NCBI RefSeq assembly: GCF_000142905.1
Contig: NW_013657658.1
Coordinates: 310,001-374,000, forward strand
Direction of reading: 5' to 3'
DNA: 64,000 bases
Source of the DNA: Thecamonas trahens ATCC 50062
Lineage: Eukaryota > Protista > Apusomonadida
Below are positions 11,457 through 24,800 of the stretch, one piece after another. Numbering within the stretch: the first letter of the stretch is position 1; every line of letters starts with the position of its first letter. Made by a program: the position numbers and the translations under genes. The notes beneath the pieces were generated by a model. The model saw only the letters and a list, made by a program, of their open reading frames with translations, was not told the origin of the DNA and did not search any database.

Positions 11457-12461
11457 CTAAACCACATCTGCATGACTGGCCACTCCGGGCTCGAGAACGA
11501 GCGGTAGCGCCGACGCTACCGCAGCACGGGCCGACATCACTGCCGGCGGCTTGCTCTCGCTGTGCAGTAGCGAGATGGAGGCTCGGGTGGCGTAGTAGCC
11601 GTCGTCATCGACAGCCTCCATCCGACACAGGTCGAGGGCAACCAGATCCTGATCGCCAAAGACCGTGATCGACTGCGTCACGCGCGGGACCGCTCGGCAA
11701 AGCGCAGGCCGCGCCTTGACTGACGTCCGCGACTTGGCGAGCGTGCAGTGCGGGGTAAAGCCGGCCCACGGCTGCTGCGGCGGAAAGGCGAGACCTTCGG
11801 CATCGAACCGGGCGTGGAGATCGGCAGCAATCTCTTGCAGCGCTCCGATAACGTCAACGTTGGTCAGCGACGAGTGTGCCAGCGTCGCAGCACGCGCCCA
11901 TGGCGGGACTTGCGCGAACAGGACCTGGCCATTGCGGAAAGACTCGAGGCCTGCGAGCCGGATGGCCGGCTGAACGCCATCGGCAGCATCGCGCAGCTTG
12001 GCCATCACCGCTTGGATGCCCGGCGCAGCAGCGTCCAGAATTCGCCGAGCGGCGGCAATGCCAGCAGGCTCATCACCGCGCCCGAGCCGAAGCACACACA
12101 GCGTGAGGTGGATCTTAGGAATAGCAATCAGGGTGGGCGCGGCCTCCGGCTCGATCGCCACCACAGCCTCCTGCACCTTGCGCAGCCCGTCGAGCGCTAC
12201 CACGTCGTCGATGCGGATCGAGACAAAGTGATCCGCTGATTCTTGCCGTTGTCGACCCCGACTCGCGGCCCCAGCTGCCTTGCCCTTGCCCGTCCCTCGC
12301 GCGCCACCGAAATGTTCGCCCGTTCCTTCTCCGCCACGCCGCCGCCCCCCTCGCCGCGGTCCCCGCTGCCCCCGCTGCCCGCGCTGCCCCCGCTGCCCCC
12401 GCTGTCCTCCACGCCCATCCTCGCCGCTCTTTCGCTTTCCATCTCCCGAGACCTTTGACAT
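11457..12461 (-). CDS. AKAP7-like 2H phosphoesterase (2',5'-phosphodiesterase/RNA ligase-like domain) with RG-rich N-terminus
   Basis: DHFVSIRI start of domain; two HxT motifs (KIHLTLCVL, FTPHCTLAK); C-terminal LDLCRM...DDGYY; N-terminal (RGQ)n and RRGG. Confidence 0.8.
   Translation of the reverse strand: MSKVSGDGKRKSGEDGRGGQRGQRGQRGQRGQRGPRRGGRRRGGEGTGEHFGGARGTGKGKAAGAASRGRQRQESADHFVSIRIDDVVALDGLRKVQEAVVAIEPEAAPTLIAIPKIHLTLCVLRLGRGDEPAGIAAARRILDAAAPGIQAVMAKLRDAADGVQPAIRLAGLESFRNGQVLFAQVPPWARAATLAHSSLTNVDVIGALQEIAADLHARFDAEGLAFPPQQPWAGFTPHCTLAKSRTSVKARPALCRAVPRVTQSITVFGDQDLVALDLCRMEAVDDDGYYATRASISLLHSESKPPAVMSARAAVASALPLVLEPGVASHADVV
12361..12404 (-). repeat. 9-bp coding tandem repeat encoding (RGQ)n
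   Basis: About five ccccgctgc-like units on plus; protein GQRGQRGQRGQRGPR. Confidence 0.75.
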
Positions 12462-12819
12462 GCTCTCTCCTAATTCCAGCGTCAGGTATGACCCTACCTA
12501 CACACTCCCACACCTCACCCTCACCGTCACTGGCAAGTGGCACCTGTCCACTCGAGATTCGCCTCAACCCCCCCCCCTTCCTTCCCTCAGCACAACAACT
12601 ACTATTTTTTGACGTCCACTCCCCCCACCCCCCAACCTCCAACCCCCCCCCCCAACATCCACCTTGCTTCAAACTCCGTTCACCGCCAACAGCAGCAGCC
12701 CTCACCACCCCACATCCCACCCCACTGCACTCACTCGTTCAATTACACCGCTCACCGTCAAAGGTCATTGCTCCCCAAGCACACGCATACCCCCCTCCAG
12801 GTAGTCGTTGCGACAAAGC

Positions 12820-15800
12820 ATGTCGGGACGTGAGCACTTTGCAGGGGAGGAGGACGGACAGAAGAAGACTGAGGAGGAGCTGCAGCAGGAGGAGGAGATG
12901 GAGCTGGAGCGACGGGTGGAGTACGTCGACGAGTACTGGGCGGAGATGGAGGTTGTGGATCGTGAGCTGTACCCAGAGTTGCGGGAAAAGTCTGGCCGCC
13001 AGTTTCTGGACGCCCTCCTCGAGTCTGCTATCCATGAGGACATCGAGGGCATCGACGCTCTCACTCGGGATGCTGACACCATCAAGGCCACGTATCCTGT
13101 GCGGATGAAGGATGCCAACGGATTCCATATGGAGCAGCCACGTGAGCTCAACTTGCTCCAGATGGCGGCCACCATCGGCCTGCCTCGGGTCCTTGTCGAG
13201 TTCTTTGTCTTTCTTAACGGCACTACCATGGTCGACCGCGATGGCAACACCCTCCTGCACTACATTGCCTCGCAAGGCCATGTGGCGTGTCTGCTTGCCC
13301 TTCTCGACGAGGAAGACGACATCAAGGACATCTCGGTTGAGGATCTTGTTGTCATGAACAAGCGCAACGCCGAGGGCAAGACGCCGCTGCATCTTGCGCT
13401 CGAGTACTCGGACGTGCTCACTCGCGTCATCTACGACGATCCCGAGGGGTTTGCTGCCGAGGAGCAGGCGGTGGCCCAGGCCCACGTCGAGGCACGCCTC
13501 CAGGTTGCAGAGTTTCTCCTCAAGACCCTGTACAACACGCCATCGCCGCTCAACCCCACCGCGTTTGAGGATCCGGCCAACTTGCACTGCAAGGATGACG
13601 TCGGCACCACCGCATTCCACAACCTTGCTCGCCTCGGCTCGCTCCCTCTTGCTCGCTCTCTCATTACTCACTTTTCCAAGAACCAGAGCGAGCTGGCGGT
13701 GACCGACTCGCTCGGCGCCACCGTCCTTCACGTCGCCACCAAAGACCGCCGCGAAGAGTTTGTCCTCGACTTGCTCGCCGTCCTCGAGCCGGCGGGCGGC
13801 AAGCGAAAGAACCACGCGCTCTCCCCTTTTGCCCGCGACAACTTTGGCAAGTCGCCGTTCTACTACGTCGCCTTTCACGACATGACGTCTGCGCTCACTA
13901 CCATGATCCGGTTCATTCCCTCGGACGACGAAGAGCTGCTCCACACTGACCGCCTCGGCCGGACACCGCTTCTCCTCGCCGCCGACCGGGGGAGCGTCAA
14001 CGCCATGGCCGAGCTTGTCAAGCGCCCTTCTGCCACCGCCGTCGACGCTTTTGGCCTCACGCTTGCCCACTACACGGCGGCGCGGCTCTCGGCCACCCCT
14101 GTTCTCGACGACGTCTTTGGCTACCGCCAGGTCCCGCTCTTTGAGCCGACTATGACCGACATTGCGTCCAACAGTCCGCTGCACTATGCAGTGCGCTATG
14201 CTCAAGGTGACGCCGTCCTCCGCATGCTTCGTGAGCCCGGCATGACCGCCACGCCGAACGCGCTCGGCGACACCCCGCTCCACATTGCGCTCCGGGTGAA
14301 GAACCTTGCCGCTGCTACCGTTCTCCTCGACCACGACACGCCCGAGTACCCGCACGTCTTTCCCGAGCCCGAGCCCGAGGCCCTCCGCGCCATTCTCGCC
14401 TCTACAGACTCGGGTCTTGGAGCGGACGTCCTTGAGACCGAGGGCCGATCGGGGGCCAAGTCGGTCGCCCGCGACTTTGCCACCGCCATCAGCATGGCGG
14501 GCCTTGGCGGCCGCACTCCGCTGCACGAGCTCCTCCGCGCGCCGTCGCCGACCGAACTTGCCGCCGGCAACGTCCTTGTCCATCCCGAGTACATTGCCGC
14601 CGCTGCCGCCGAGGCAAAGGACGCGCTCGCTTCGGGTCTTGTCGACCTCGAAGACGTCATTGCCCACGACGAAGGCCACGACGTCGCTCTTCTCAACGTC
14701 ACCCCCCGGGTTTTCCCATCCGCACAAAGTCGGGCAAGCTCGTCGGGTTCCAGTTTGACGACGCCTCGCCGTTTCCTTATCCACGAGCTGCGGGCGAGGT
14801 CAACGACGCCATCGACTCCTTCCATGACATGCTTGCGGCCTTTTACGCTGAGCCCGGCTCAGCAGACGACCCCTACAATGGCGAACGCGAACCCGAGGTC
14901 GCTGACCAGCTTGATCTCGCTGCTGTGGTGGAGAGCTTGCTGCTCAAGCATGCGCCGGTTGGCGCCCGCGACGCCGCAGGCCGCACCTGCCTCCACGACG
15001 CCGCTGCCTCACCGGTCGTCTCGCACATTGTCTACCGCCAGCTCTTCCTGGGCTCGGACGAGAGGTTGGCTAATGCAAAGTACGTCGTCGCCACCGACAC
15101 GAGCGGGAACACGCCAATTCACGAGGCTGCCGGTGCCGGCAACGGTGCCGCACTTCTCATCTTTGCATCGAGCTTCGCCTCGTGGGTCTCTCGCAAGCAC
15201 ACCCGGCCCTCGCTGCTCGACACCAATGCCTCGGTTGGTGGCGGCTCGACCGGCCGCTCCGCCGCTGACGCTGCGAGTCAGGACGACTTTATCGAGCTCA
15301 CCGATGAAGAGTTGGAGGTTCAGGACTTTTTCAGCAACCTTCTCGGTGACGATGCTGTTGTCCTCGAAGACTTGGCTGTAGCTGGTCGCCATGCGCTCGG
15401 TCGACTCGTCGCTGCCTTCCGGGAGCCGAACGCCGACGGCCGCACCCCGCTCATGCTCGCCGCCGCCGCCGGGCACGACGCCGTCGCCATCATGCTCCTC
15501 AAGGTTGCCGGAATCGAGGAACTGTTCTTTGCCGATACTGATGGCTGCACAGCTTTTCTCCTTGCCTGTCGCGAGGGCGCCACCGGCCTCATCTCCACCA
15601 TGTTTGAAGAGATAGAGAGCTACGAGCCGCTGCTCGCTGCGAGGACCAAAGCGGGTGAGTCTGGCATGGTCCTCGCTGCCAAGCACGGCCGCCTCGAGCT
15701 GCTGCAGGACGTCCTCATCCCAGGCCTCCAAGATTCGCCGCGGCTGCGCCACGCTGCCTGCACCCTCGACACCATGGGCTGGTCCGTCCTCCACTACCTT

Positions 15801-18800
15801 GCGGCTGTTCCTGCGGTTGAGCCCGTCATTTATCTCGACGAGCGCAAATCGCTCGCGCCAGTGGTTGGCGACGCCAGTGGCGCGGCCTCGGTCATTACCT
15901 CTCTCCTTGGCGCACTTTACGATTACCACGACCCGACGACCGACACGCTCAACTTTGGGTTCATCTTGAGTGCCGGAACAAGCACAGCCAAGCTTGCAAC
16001 ACCGCTGCACATTGCGACTCGATTTGCTAACCCGCATGCTGCAGACGCCCTGTGGCAGTTTATGGCGTCGACATCGCTGCCAGAGCCGCTCGACAACTTT
16101 GACCTTGCCTCGGTTGCGCTCCTCTGCGACGCGTATGGCTTCAACGTCGTCCACTACGCCGTCATCCACGACATGGACAACCTTGTGGGCGACATGATGC
16201 AGACCTCCATTGCCGAGGCTGCTTTCGAAGCTCGCGCCGTTGTTCCTCCCCCGACTCCCCGCGGGCGCGAGTTGAGCCAAGGCAAGACGCCTTGGCCGCC
16301 GTCCAAGTCTGACCTTGTCGCCGCCATCGAGGGCATCCGTCGCTCGGCCGCCACTGCCGCGCATCTGCCACATGTCCCGCTCACCGGGCCGGGCTCGCTC
16401 GTCGCTGACGAGGGCACTACAGACTTTGTCGCCCCACACTTTGACCGCTCGCTCGAGTGGGTGCGACTCGCTGCAGACGTCGAGACCAGGGTTGACGCCC
16501 TTCCGCAAACGCCTCGCGACGACGATCCGCTGCTGGACATTGGCCTCCAGTTCCTCATTTCGCTCGAGGACAAACCGCTCACCGACGCTCAGCGCCGGCA
16601 AGTCCTTTACAACGTTTATGAAGCTCCGGTGATCGACATGAAGTATGCCTCCGAGAATGACGTTGGGCTCACGCCGCTGCAAATTGCGGCACTCTACGGC
16701 TCATCGCTCGCTGGCATTGCGCTGCTCGAAGCCTATCGAGCCATGGCCGACGAGGTGCCATTCAATCCGCTTGACGTCCGCACCGGCTCTAAGATGTCTG
16801 CCACGGAACCGTATGCTGGCTATCTGGCGTGTCATCTTGCCGCGCTCCGACCCGAGTCGGCGGAGCTTCTTGAGGAGCTGCTGAACGACATGGACGACCG
16901 CAACGTGAAGACTCACGACGGATGCAACGCGCTTATGGTGGCGCTCAAGGCGTCCAACTTGGCTGCGGTGCGCGTGGCCCTTACGTTTGCTCGTGCCGAC
17001 ATCTCGGCTGACGCAGGTAGCCTTGCCAAGCGCGCCCGAAAGCATGCGCGCGATGCCTCCCGGCGCGGGCGTGGAACGAACAAGGCCGTCACGGAGGACT
17101 CACGACCGCTGTTGCTCAACACGGTCTCCGAAAGCAATGCCAATATCCTGCACTACCTCGCGGCATTTGACGCTCCTCCCAAGACCAAGGCAGCTGCTGT
17201 GAGCCTGGTCAAGGAGGCTATTGCTGAGGCCGAGGCCGAGGCCGAGGGCGTTGACACTCCTCAGCCGGTCTTCGTGTCAGCTTTTTCGCTTGGGCCATCG
17301 CGGCTGCTTGAGGAGCTGCTTGTCACCGCAGACACGACATCGGGCGGCACGCCGCTTCACATTGCCACCAAGATGGGAAACGCTCACTTTGTCGACGCTT
17401 TTGTGGACGTTGTCCTCTCCGCGCCACCTTCGCCGCTCGGATCTCTGTTCGCACAACGCGACGCCAATGCGATGACGCCGGTGGCGTATGCCGTCGTCAA
17501 CACTATGAAGCCGCTTCTCGACCGGCTCTCCAAGGACAAGGGAAAACGGCTCAGCTCCGAGGTGCTCGCTGCCCGCGCCGGCGGCAAGGCCTCGCTCCTT
17601 CTTCTCGCGGCGGCGCGGGTGTACTACGAAGCCGAGCTCGACGCTGCGGTCGAAGCATCTCTCGCTGACAACCCCGCTCTCGAGAGGTTGGTTACCGGCG
17701 TGCCCCTCGCAGGCGCGCCAGAGGCTGGGCACAACAGCGACGACGACCGCTGTTCCGACTACGGTGACGACGACGAGTCGGGCTTTGGTGGTGGCCAAGA
17801 GGGCGGCCCGGTGGGCCATATTGACGACGTCACCTCGCCGATCGAGGCTGCGCTCTCCGTCCTTGATCTCATCACCTCGGCCATCCAGGCAGCCGAGCAG
17901 CCACTGCTCCTTGTACAGGATATTTGCAACCGCGCGTCGCTTGTCAACGCGACTCTTGTTGGTCAAGCGGCGTGTGCGCGTGCTGCGGTCATCGGCGCCG
18001 ACGCGGTCGCCTTTGTGGCGGACCTTGACGCGCGGCTGGAGCTCGAGTCCCATCTTCGGAGCGGGACCGCGCTGCATCTCCTCGCTGCCACTCTTCCAGC
18101 CGCAAGCACGACTGCGCGCGTGCTCGGTGGACTTCTTGCCGAGTTTCCGGCGACTCTCGACGTTTCTGGTCCACTGCAGTGGCTTGCAGCGCGCGATCCT
18201 AGCCGCGGCGAGGCCACGCCGCTGATGGTGGCGGTAGAGGCCGGAAACCTGCCTGTGGCGGAAGCGCTCATCAAGCTCTTTGTTGACTACTCTGCGCTCA
18301 ATGTAGCGGCGCATCTCGCGCTCACCAACTCGGCCGGCGAGAACGTCGTTCACCTCGCGGCCCGCTTTGGGCGGTCGTCGGTGGTCAAGGCCATTCTTGA
18401 CTCGAACGCCGACGGCGCACTTCTCAACGCCCGCGGCGGCCCGCACGGGGCCACACCTTTCCTCGAGGCTGCCTCCTCGTCGAGTGTCACCCTCGTGCGC
18501 ATGCTCGAGGAGCTCCCCGAGATCGACGTTTCGGTGCGTGACGCTCGCGGCGCCTCGGCTGTTCACTATGCTGTCTCGTCGCCGCGGGCGGTCGACATGC
18601 TTGCCTTTCTCCTCAGCCTACCGCAGCTCGCGGATGGTACAGCCACTGTGGACCGGATCGAGGTCTCGCTAGATGATGCCGATGCGCCGCACTTTGAGTA
18701 CACATGCCCGTGGCTCAAGGGCACGCCCGCTGGTGTTGATCCCGAGCTGGTGGATCTTCTCTCCTCGGGCCACAACAACGAGCTCAACACCGGGGCCGGG

Positions 18801-21800
18801 ACTTCGGATTCCCGTAGCGGCAATCTCGCGTCGACGAAGAAGAATCCTGACGCAGCCCAGTCCCGCACCGGCTTTCTCTTTTCGGTCTCGGAGCGGCGGT
18901 ATGATGGCAAGACGCCGCTGTTCCTCGCGCTCGAGGCCGGTAATGCCACGCTCGCTGCGGCACTTATGGAGCAGCCGTCGTTTGTGGCGGCGACGCGTGA
19001 CGCCCGCGACGAGACGCTGTACCATGCTGCTGTTCGCGGGCGGCTTCCTCAGTTCATCTCGGTCCTTGACGAGAAGATCTCCCAGACCAAGTCAGCCATG
19101 CACAAGATGAGCTCGCTCTCACCGAAGGCCGTGCCAAGCTCGATAACTTTCTGGCGCGGGCATCGGCCGAGCCCAACATTGATGGCGAGACACCGCTCCT
19201 TCTTGCTGTCAAGAGCTGCCTTTGGCCAGCTATTGCCCAGCTCCGCGAGACGTACGAGCTTGAGCTGCCGCTGAACGCCACTTCGCCCATCGCAGCTGCG
19301 CTTGAGCAGCACAATTATCCGCTGGCGATGCACCTGTTTTCAGCATCGGCACCCAAGTCGCAGAGCTGTGACGTCGCCGAGCTGGTGATCCAGCCATTGC
19401 TTTTTGCCGCGCACGCCGCCACGGACTCGTTTGCGTCTGCTGACGGCTGGCAGAGCGGCGCCAAGCCGACGAGTGCCTCGCAGCCGCGTTTTGCCGGTGA
19501 TGAAGGCGAGAAGAACCTCAACTCGGGCCTGGCAACGCTCTCGCCGTTTGACGATCGTCCCGAGAGTGGCTTGCTGCACGAAAGACTCGCGCTCGGCTAT
19601 GTGTACCAGGTTCTCGGACTTGAGCTCACCCGGGTGTCGCTCGTCATGGACCACGGCGCGTTCGCAAAGGCGCTCGAGGCGTGTGCCGCCGGCAAGCTTG
19701 CTGGTGCGGCGCACGCACTGCTGGCCTTTCAGCGGCTCATTCCGTCGGCGCGGGTTCTGGCAGAGGCAGCATCAGGCACCGGTACGGCGACTGCGTTTGG
19801 TGGTGCGCGCGGTGGCATTGGCGGCGCACTCGGGGGCTCGAGCCCGACCCTGGACTCGATGTTTGCGCCCCGTCAGGCGACACTCTTGCTTGCGTCGTTT
19901 GTGCGGTACGGCGTGACAGCTGTTGTCCGGACCATTCTCAAGTACGGCCTCGTGGCGTCTCCGTTGGACCACCCTGACAACTTTAACCGCAGTGTGCTGC
20001 ACATTGCGTGTGCCGCCGGAGCCCACGACGTGGCTGAACTCATCCTCCGTTTCGCGTCGGAGAGCCAGGTCAACGATCCAGGCTTCAAGGAAATGACACC
20101 ACTGCATCTTGCGGCACGGGCAGGTCTTGGAACCGTTGCTAATCTGCTTGTGCTCTCTTCGGGCGCCAACGCTGCCGCCGAGTCCAACAACTCACAGACT
20201 CCGCTGCATCTGGCCATTCTTTCACGTCGCGAGGACATTGCACTGCTACTGGTGGCGGCAGCACCCGAGTCGGTGGTCATCGCAACCCCGGAGGGCTACC
20301 ATGCCGGACATTTGGCGGCACGCAAGGGCCTCGGCCCGGTTGCCTCGACCCTCTTTGCTTCGCAGCACATTCGGCTCGACGCGACTTCTGGCGATGGTGA
20401 CGCCAACTCGGAGCTCTCTCTTCTTGCTGCTGTTGCGCATGGTGGCTCACCGTTTGTTCTTGCTGAGCTCCTGCGCGAGCGGAGTAACCGGATGAACAAC
20501 GAAGTGGGCAAGGTCGACCGACGCGAGAGGCGTTTGTACAAGGACCAGTCACAGACCAAGAGAACGCTGCTGAATATGTTTTCGGTCACTGCTGTCAACG
20601 ACGCGCTCAGCACGGCATTCGACGCACGCTCGGACGTCGTCATCCGCAAGATGCTCGCTCGGACGGCGTCAATGCTGGTGGAGCCCGAGTTTGAGCTGGA
20701 CAACTCGAGCGAGGAAGTAGTCATGACCTCGGCCTTTGACGTTGCACCGCTGCTTCGGCGGGTGGTGACATCGCCCAAGTGCAGCACCGAACGCGAACCA
20801 CTTGTGCTCGAGCTCTTTCATACGCTCTCGCCAGTGACACCGCTCAACGACATTGCAACAGCTTCTGGAGTTGTCTGCAGGTTGCCTCTCCTTGTCAATG
20901 ACCTGATTTGCAGCGCTCCGGGAGCCGCCGTCTTGTCAGACCTGATGCGGATGGCGACGCAGTATGGAACGGCACCCGAGACCGTGTTTGCCGCGCTCCA
21001 AGTGGGCTCGCGGTTGGAGTGGGACGTGCGGATGGGGCTCCAGGTCGTGTTTGACGACTGCCCAGGCCTTTCGCTGATGATCATTGCCACGCTGGGAGTG
21101 GACGAGGCTGTCAAGGACGAGGCCGTCAAGGAGGCGTGTCTCTCCTGCAATCCGTGGGACTACGCGTTTCTCACGTTTGCGTTGGACCAGCGACAGCCGC
21201 AGCTTGCGTACGCTGCGCTGGAGGCGTACTGGCGGAGTGGCGCATCACGTGAGCTGCCAGCCGAGTTTCACACCTCGCACGGTTGGTACTGGTCACCTAT
21301 GGCCAAGGCCATTGTCTCGCGCCACCTGGGCCTGCTCCGCATTCTGGGCGACTCCGTTGATGGGAAGATTTTTTCGGACCAATCGATCTCGCCGCTGGCA
21401 TCTGCGGTCGAGAAGGGTGACACTGCGGGTGCACTCGTCCTGCTCTCGTGCATCCGCGAGGCGACTTCGGCCGACGCCGAGCAGGTGTTCCTCACCTCAG
21501 GCTTGGAGGACTCGTCGACTCTGGAAAAGGCTGTCTCGCTCAAGATGGTTTCGGTAGTGAGGAGCATGATCTCGGTCTGGCCCGACTTCCTGGCGAGCCA
21601 GCAGGGTTCGGCAGCGCGGTCGGTAGTGGTCGAGGCCCGCGGCGAAGTCGCGGTTGTCCTGCTCTCCGCACTCCAGCTAGGTGCGCGCTCTACGCCGCAC
21701 TCGCTGCGTTACGAACGTCAATGACCTGATTTGCAGCGCTCCGGGAGCCGCCGTCTTGTCAGACCTGATGCGGATGGCGACGCAGTATGGAACGGCACCC

Positions 21801-24800
21801 GAGACCGTGTTTGCCGCGCTCCAAGTGGGCTCGCGGTTGGAGTGGGACGTGCGGATGGGGCTCCAGGTCGTGTTTGACGACTGCCCAGGCCTTTCGCTGA
21901 TGATCATTGCCACGCTGGGAGTGGACGAGGCTGTCAAGGACGAGGCCGTCAAGGAGGCGTGTCTCTCCTGCAATCCGTGGGACTACGCGTTTCTCACGTT
22001 TGCGTTGGACCAGCGACAGCCGCAGCTTGCGTACGCTGCGCTGGAGGCGTACTGGCGGAGTGGCGCATCACGTGAGCTGCCAGCCGAGTTTCACACCTCG
22101 CACGGTTGGTACTGGTCACCTATGGCCAAGGCCATTGTCTCGCGCCACCTGGGCCTGCTCCGCATTCTGGGCGACTCCGTTGATGGGAAGATTTTTTCGG
22201 ACCAATCGATCTCGCCGCTGGCATCTGCGGTCGAGAAGGGTGACACTGCGGGTGCACTCGTCCTGCTCTCGTGCATCCGCGAGGCGACTTCGGCCGACGC
22301 CGAGCAGGTGTTCCTCACCTCTGGCTTGGAGGACTCGTCGACTCTGGAAAAGGCTGTCTCGCTCAAGATGGTTTCGGTAGTGAGGAGCATGATCTCGGTC
22401 TGGCCCGACTTCCTGGCGAGCCAACAGGGTTCGGCAGCGCGGTCGGTAGTGGTCGAGGCCCGCGGCGAAGTCGCGGTTGTCCTGCTCTCCGCACTCAAGC
22501 TAGGTGCGCGCTCTACGCCAATGGAGAGTAGCCAGCCTGAGGTCTCTCTCCGCGACTCGGACGTGGAGACTAAGGTCATGATCGAGCCGTTTGCGTACAT
22601 GTGTGCAAGCCAGTGTATGCCTGGTGTCCGCTTCTTGCTCACAGATCCAATTCCGGGCATGAACAAGACGTCGGGTAACGTGAGCCCGACGGCGTACACG
22701 CCTCTCCACTACGCGGCGGCGTCGGGCAATGTCGACCTGCTGTGTCGGCTGCTCGCCATTCTCGCGCCGTATGGTGAGCTGCTTAGGGCCGCTCTTGTCG
22801 AGAACGAGAACCCGGTCAAGGCGACGCCGCTTGTGGCGGCGCTGATGAAGGGCAAGGCCGGGACAGCCATGGTGCTCATCAAAGGCATGGCGGCGATGCT
22901 TCCGCCTGATGAGCTCGTCGCTGCGCTGACGATGCTCTCGGACCAGGACGGCTCGGCCATGCACTTTGCTGCTCGCGCCGGCCTCACCGAAGTCGTCCGC
23001 ACCCTCATCCGCCTTGGCGTACCGGCATCGGGCAAGCTGGACGCATCGGACCTCCCCTCGCCGCTCCTCCGCTCAGTCATGCAGCTGTCGTCGACGGCGT
23101 CGGCCTCCGAGCATGTCGAGACTGCGCGCTACCTGCTGGCGTCTGGTGCCGATGTGGGTGGCAAGGGGGCGAGTGGAAAGACTGCGCTGCACTACGCGGC
23201 TGAGGTGGGCTCGCTTGAGCTTGTTCTTGCTCTTTTCAAGAACTCGTTGGTGGGCGACAGGCTGGGACGGAGTGCGTTGCACTATGCCGCCATGGGAGGA
23301 CAAGTCGCTGTGGCGCTTGCCATTCTCTCAGCTTCGGTCTCGCCGTCATCGCTTGTTCGCACCGACAGCTTTGGCGCGGCTGCTATCCACTATGCTGCCG
23401 TCTCGTCCCACCCGCGCAGCTACCTGGTGTGCCGGGCTCTTCAGGCCTTCCAGCATGACGCTGAGCTTGCTCCGGTGACGGCGTCGCACGTCGACCCTGG
23501 TGTGGTCTCGTTGGTTGACCACGTCGACGCGATGCTCTCGCTCCGTGGCGGCAGCGAGCTCTCGACCGCCATGTGGCTGCGGCTGGTCAAGACGCCACTC
23601 TGTCTTGCGGCGCTGCTGGGCAACACGGCATCTGCGCTGGCGCTTCTCCGCGCTGGCGAGTCGCCAGCCCCCACAGAAGCGCAGGGCGGTCATAGTCTCG
23701 CATCCGTCCTTGTCGCGTCTGCTGTGCTAGGCGCCACGACCATCGGGCGAGCTGTTCTTCGACTGGCGGCCTCCGAGGAGTGGCTTGATGTCTCTGTCAC
23801 GTCGCTGCTTCAGACAAAGACGCCAGCCCAGCGGGAAGATGGCAGCCAGGGCGAGACGGGTGGAGCAGGCACCTCCGGTCCCAAGTGGGGTGGCGACGAT
23901 CCAACAGGCAAGGTCCCGCTCGCTGTTGCTGCCAGAGGTGGCAAGTGGGAGTTTGTGCTCGGCCTCATTGCCGCCAACACCGAGCTGCCACGGGCGCAGC
24001 GGTCGACGCTCGAGGAGCTCTCGTCGGAGGTCACGCTCTCTGTAGCCAAGACGAACCAGGTGGACGTGGCCCGTGCGCTGATTGCCAACTACGATCTCCA
24101 ATGGGGTGTGCCTGGCGATGGCGGTTCAGACCTCGCGGGCAAGGCACCTCTGTTTGTGGCATGTGCCAATGGCTCGTGGGAGCTTGCACTCATGCTGCTC
24201 GGTATTGTGTCAACGTCGGAAGACAAACGGCTAGCGGTGAACAACGTGGTGGACCACGCCGGGCCGATCCACTGGGCAGCAGAAGCGGGCCAGATGGCTC
24301 TTATCAAGGCACTTGTCGCTTCGCGAGCCAATGTCAACCTGCTCGACGAGAAGAAGCGGTCGCCGCTGTACATTGCCTGTCAGCAGCGCCACCTCGACGT
24401 GGTCGAGTACTTGCTCCTCAACACGCCAGCGGAAATCATGCGGCACAACTCGCCGGGTGCCAAGCTTCCGCTTCACGCGGCATGCTCGGCCGAGGCGATT
24501 GACGAGGTAAGGCTCTCCAACCCGGTCTCAATTCCGGTGGTCAAGGCCATTCTCTCGCACGCGCAGATCAAGCAAGTGCTCGAGGTTGAGTCGCGGCCGG
24601 GCTCAGGTGCACTCGCTGGAGCCGGGCGTGGCGAGGCAAACGCAAGCCAAGACAACTCACTGCTGCTCGCGATTACGGGCAGCAACCCGTCACTCGCGCT
24701 TCTCATCATCGACTTTTACAAGAAGCACGCAGTCTCGCTCACCAACTTGCTCAAGACCATGGTCCACACGCTCGCGTCGCGGCAGGTGTGCACGGCTGTG

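Noticed and set aside
14701-14718. CCCCCCGGGTTTTCCC as a programmed -1 slippery site
   Set aside because: No X XXY YYZ heptamer in the correct frame; an under-called C run explains it.
20894-22519. Direct repeats read as LTRs of a mobile element
   Set aside because: They are ordinary coding sequence of the host gene, 20 bp apart, with no TG...CA ends, target duplication or transposon ORF.
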